Below, piece after piece: positions 6,876 to 7,836 of a stretch of 7,836 nt of DNA. The notes beneath the pieces are model-generated. The model was not told the DNA's origin, ran no database searches, and saw only the letters and a list, made by a program, of their open reading frames with translations. The position numbers were made by a program, and so were the translations under genes. Origin of the DNA: a virus (taxonomy: Duplodnaviria; Heunggongvirae; Uroviricota; Caudoviricetes); the IMG/VR virus record IMGVR_UViG_2695420687_000010, positions 1 through 7,836 of that record, one strand, 5' to 3'. The first letter of the stretch is position 1. Each line of letters opens with the position of its first letter.

Positions 6876-7064
6876 ACTTTCTACCGGACGCGCCCACAGG
6901 GCTTCATCCAGCCGGTAAGCCTGCTGTTCATCTTCACAGGCGATGAGTACGCGCTTACCGTTGCGCCAACGTTCTGCGGCAATTTCACACACCAGCTGCT
7001 CAACGGCGCTTAAGCCATCGACGGTGGTGTCATTGTCCAGAAGGTAGAACGTTGCGTTTTTCAT
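6876..7064 (-). CDS. holC: DNA polymerase III chi subunit, 5' fragment (first ~63 codons), fused in frame to the capsid ORF
   Basis: From ATG 7062-7064: MKNATFYLLDNDTTVDGLSAVEQLVCEIAAERWRNGKRVLIACEDEQQAYRLDEALWARPVES matches recalled E. coli HolC residues 1-63. The next codon contains N at 6875 (ntt, compatible with Phe64 of HolC); after it the sequence is capsid, not HolC. Confidence 0.85.
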
Positions 7065-7116
7065 ATATGAGGCTTCTTGTGGTGGATTTAAATACACATC
7101 AGGTAAACACCGTATT

Positions 7117-7153
7117 GCCCGATGCGACGCTATCGCGTCTTATCAGGCCTACG
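7117..7153. repeat. REP (repetitive extragenic palindromic) element
   Basis: gcccgatgcgacgctatcgcgtcttatcaggcctacg matches the E. coli REP consensus (GCCKGATGCGRCG...CGYCTTATCMGGCCTAC), in the holC-pepA intergenic region. Confidence 0.8.
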
Positions 7154-7167
7154 AGTTCAGTGCTGTG

Positions 7168-7203
7168 TAGGTCGGATAAGGCGTTTACGCCGCATCCGAC
7201 AAT
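7168..7203. repeat. REP element in inverted orientation (forms a BIME with the 7117-7153 copy)
   Basis: taggtcggataaggcgtttacgccgcatccgacaat is the reverse-complement form of the REP consensus, 14 nt from the first copy. Confidence 0.8.
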
Positions 7204-7220
7204 AACAATGCCTGATGCAA

Positions 7221-7331
7221 TTACTCTTCGCCGTTAAATCCGGCGCGGTTTAGCAGGAACTGTGCCAGCAACGCTACCGGACGACCGGTTGCGCCTTTTG
7301 CCTTGCCAGAACGCCAGGCGGTTCCGACGGT
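7221..7331 (-). CDS. pepA: Aminopeptidase A (leucyl aminopeptidase, M17 family), 3' fragment (last ~36 codons)
   Basis: C-terminal translation ..[34 protein letters not shown] matches the recalled E. coli PepA C-terminus. Stop TAA at 7221-7223. Native synteny (pepA upstream of holC with REP in between) is preserved for this block. Confidence 0.8.
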   Translation of the reverse strand, partial: TVGTAWRSGKAKGATGRPVALLAQFLLNRAGFNGEE

Positions 7332-7478
7332 GTCCAGCGCTGCCATTTCAGCGTCACGCGTTACTTTCGCCAGAATAGACGCGGCGCTGATTTCCGGCAC
7401 GCGGCTATCGCCTTTAACTACTGCCATCGACGGCATAGGCAATTTCGGACAGCGATTCCCATCAATCAATACATATTC
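7332..7478 (-). CDS. rnhB: Ribonuclease HII, internal fragment (about 49 codons), fused in frame to the pepA 3' fragment
   Basis: [49 protein letters not shown] matches recalled E. coli RnhB (about residues 103-151), including the conserved RNase HII motif SIAAASI(L/I)AKVxRD. Flanking sequence on both sides is not RnhB. Boundaries are approximate (+/- 6 nt). Confidence 0.75.
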
Positions 7479-7769
7479 CTCCTTGGTGTAGGAATCTGGT
7501 GTCGGGCATTCACATTCAAGAGAAACCTTCGTGCCATTCGACCAGTTCATAACATCGGGCAAAACCGTATTCGCTACGTTCTTTTTTAGGCTGCGTCGTA
7601 AATGCGCGAAATGCTTCTGATTTTGCGTGTTGTTAGCATACAGGCGTAGTAGTAGCGCCAATGCGCTATCTTTCTCCAGTATGCTATCGCCTGCAATGTC
7701 TGGAGGTATTTCATCTGTGAATAAATCATCAAAATCCACCTCACACCTCCAGATGTGATAATTCGGCAC
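7479..7769 (-). CDS. Unidentified ORF fragment (about 86-96 codons) fused in frame to the rnhB fragment; hypothetical protein
   Basis: Minus-strand translation (V)[96 protein letters not shown] is not recognised from memory. Start candidates: GTG 7767-7769, or GTG 7737-7739 preceded by GGAGG at 6-nt spacing. In-frame TAA 18 nt upstream of 7769 bounds the ORF. Confidence 0.35.
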
Positions 7770-7836
7770 GTAATTCTCGTAGTCGTGTTATCGTTTCGTC
7801 ATAGTGCGCAATATTACTTTGCTTATCATTGTATTG

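Noticed and set aside
6453-7013. Plus-strand ORFs of 186 and 103 aa (6453-7013, 6635-6946) and minus-strand 5807-6070 and 6599-6874 inside the capsid/holC region
   Set aside because: All lie inside or antisense to the major capsid ORF, which has a clear family assignment; their translations are low-complexity (Pro/His/Leu-rich) with no recognisable domains.
7052-7237. 61-aa plus-strand ORF across the holC-pepA intergenic region
   Set aside because: The region is occupied by two REP elements (BIME); the ORF is a by-product of the palindromic repeat sequence.
1-7836. CRISPR arrays, tRNA/rRNA genes, IS-element inverted repeats
   Set aside because: No regularly spaced direct repeats, no tRNA-like cloverleaf-compatible segments and no transposase-like ORFs were seen; the only repeats are the two REP copies at 7117-7203.

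Overview
This window is not one contiguous natural locus. It reads as a patchwork of Escherichia-type sequence blocks joined at abrupt breakpoints that fall inside genes, three of them marked by ambiguous bases (N). The blocks are: (1) 1-142, a fragment of respiratory nitrate reductase alpha subunit (NarG/NarZ family); (2) 146-2145, the native manA-ydgA pair (manA lacking about 32 N-terminal codons, ydgA cut after about 271 codons); (3) about 2147-6874 on the minus strand, a textbook HK97/lambda-like siphovirus head-tail morphogenesis module (major capsid, head-tail connector, head closure, gp10-like, DUF3168, major tail protein with Ig-like domain, G and G-T chaperones with a programmed -1 frameshift site, start of tape measure), cut inside the capsid gene on one side and inside the tape-measure gene on the other; (4) 6876-7331 on the minus strand, the native holC 5' end, a REP/BIME intergenic region and the pepA 3' end; (5) about 7332-7478, an internal RNase HII (rnhB) fragment fused in frame to pepA; (6) 7479-7769, an unrecognised ORF fragment fused in frame to the rnhB piece. 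I find no integrase, att site, lysis or regulatory genes, CRISPR array, tRNA or coherent defence system. The most parsimonious reading is a chimeric or low-coverage assembly (or artificial concatenation) of E. coli chromosomal and prophage DNA, not a novel biological system. Worth a second look are the G/GT frameshift site, the unidentified ORF at the 3' end and the breakpoints themselves. All identifications rest on translating the supplied ORFs and recalling known protein families; no database search was run.
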